DNA of 62,971 nt, counting the filler, from Rhabdomonas costata (lineage: Eukaryota), in NCBI GenBank assembly GCA_019059605.1. It is 44 parts of 44 records of this genome, joined end to end, with 100 filler letters (N's around TTAATTAATTAA, not from the genome) between each part and the next. Parts side by side here need not be neighbours in the genome. Positions count along the whole stretch, not along the records: positions 61,639 to 62,971 come from JAHMHO010019107.1; 43 more parts are not named here. One strand, 5' to 3'. Position 1 is the first letter of the stretch. Each line of letters starts with the position of its first letter. The notes beneath the pieces were generated by a model. That model searched no databases. It was not told the DNA's origin and was given only the letters and a program-made list of their open reading frames with translations. Both the position numbers and the translations under genes were made by a program. Below are positions 61,786-62,971 of the stretch, in pieces.

Positions 61786-61863
61786 GAAACATTCCCGAGT
61801 GAAATCATCACTGAGTTGCTTAATGGTGCTCTTTTTTTGCACAGCCTCGCAGCCCTTTTGCGA

Positions 61864-62898
61864 ATGTCGATTCTGCGCCCTTCAAATCCCGAAGATCCTA
61901 CGGATTTTGAATCGCGTTTTGTCCACGATGTTTACGACAATATTGCTCCACATTTCAGCGCGACGCGCTACAGAATGTGGCCTCGGGTGGCTGCGTTCCT
62001 CGCTGAAGTTCCTCACGGGTCGATCGTGGCCGATGTTGGTTGCGGGAATGGAAAAAATGCTGACTGTTTTCAGGGAAATTCGCGACTTGCGGTTATTGGC
62101 TCTGACCGAAGTGAAGCCCTGATTAAAATTTGTCAGAGCCGAGGTTTGACTTTTGCGGTACCTCTGATATTTTTGTTTGTTGTATTTGGTTGCTTGTGCT
62201 TTGTTGTTGTCTCGATTTTGTCCTCAATTATCCAAACCACCATTCTTTTCATCTCTCTGCCCCTGTAGCGTGGCTACCTGCCGATTTGCTTCCACCTTTT
62301 TTTATAACAACACTCCTTTTACCGGTGTTTGAACCCTAATTGGCCCGCCTCCGAGTAGCGGTCCGTTCACATGGAATATTTGTTATGTCGGTGGTCTTTC
62401 CCTTCTCGTGGATGCTGTGGCTTTTGTTTCTTGCGTTGGCTTTGGTCTCTCTATTTGCATTTGCTTTCAGGCATTGAAAGTATGGTGTGTGACAACCTGC
62501 AACTTCCGTACCGAACATGCAGCTTTGATGTCGTCGTCTCCATTGCTGTGATTCATCACATGAGCACTGAGGACAGACGGCGCACTGCACTTAAAGAACT
62601 ATTACGAATTCTGCGGCCAGGGGGCCGGCTGCTGGTTTACGCATGGGCTCTGGAGCAGGAAAAGAAGTTTCCCTCGCAGGAGGTCCTTGTGCCCTGGCAT
62701 CTTCAGGCAAAATATGTGCAAAAGGATGGTGGATCGGAAGAACTTTCCAGAGATGAAGAGGATCCTGTCCATCTGAGGTACTACCACCTCTTTACAGCTG
62801 GTGAACTGGAAGGGCTGGTGCAAAGCACCGAATCGGCAAGAATACTGGATTCATACTATGACAAAGACAATTGGGCTGTAGTTGCTGAGAAGTTCTGA
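61864..62898 (+). CDS. TRM9: tRNA wobble-uridine (cm5U) methyltransferase, Trm9/ALKBH8-methyltransferase type; complete two-exon gene, 235 aa
   Basis: Exons 61864-62143 and 62471-62898 (GT-AG, phase 1): FESRFVHDVYDNIAPHFSATRYRMWPRV..DVGCGNGK..GSDRS..|DNLQLPYR..FDVVVSIAVIHHMST..RR..ELLRILRPGG..YAWALEQ..LVPW..RYYHLF..GELE..YYDKDNW; TGA at 62896-62898. Confidence 0.95.
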
Positions 62899-62971
62899 TA
62901 ACGCTGCTTGCTGTTCCCCTTCGGGTGTTGGTATGGACGGAAGGGGAACAGCAAGCAGCGTTATCACAACA

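Noticed and set aside
1..62971. Gene clustering or operon-like system among the recognised genes
   Set aside because: The contigs are concatenated arbitrarily, so adjacency has no biological meaning.
1..62971. Spliced-leader RNA, snRNA, rRNA or tRNA genes; euglenid non-conventional introns
   Set aside because: No recognisable SL exon or rRNA segment was seen. All homology-anchored junctions resolve as GT-AG or GC-AG.
1..62971. Reassigned stop codons
   Set aside because: Conserved exons contain no in-frame stops, and TRM9 and CHFR end in TGA; stops appear only in decayed frames.

Overview
This window is not a contiguous locus. It is a pseudo-scaffold of 44 unrelated, apparently length-sorted contigs of about 1.33 kb, joined by 43 artificial 100-nt linkers (N44-TTAATTAATTAA-N44), so nothing can be inferred across a linker. 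The DNA is nuclear and comes from a flagellated, intron-rich protist. Short exons, GT/GC-AG introns with a GTRYG-like donor, TTAGGG repeats and unpaired acceptors before start codons point to a euglenid or other euglenozoan; this is inference. Most contigs start with G/T-only bases and end with C/A-only bases, and five carry terminal fold-back duplications, which fits whole-genome amplification with K-degenerate primers. Recognisable gene fragments are BBS7, a calpain-like protease, an F-box/LRR protein, a DC3-like EF-hand protein, an APC amino-acid permease, a UBZ-finger protein, CHFR, a KP-43-type subtilase C-terminus, an ABCG/PDR transporter, a WD40 protein, an RRM protein, a hemerythrin, SPT6 and a tandem Ig/DUF11-like surface protein. 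There is also a complete two-exon TRM9-type methyltransferase. Mobile DNA comprises a hAT-like MITE and a fossil Tc1/mariner transposase, both intronic. The most interesting signals are the splice-site code (two homology-forced GC donors and a +4 pyrimidine consensus), a bacterial-style hemerythrin and permease that contain introns, and a 650-nt A/C-skewed tract. I found no convincing wholly new multi-gene system. All homology calls are from motif recognition by eye, not database searches.
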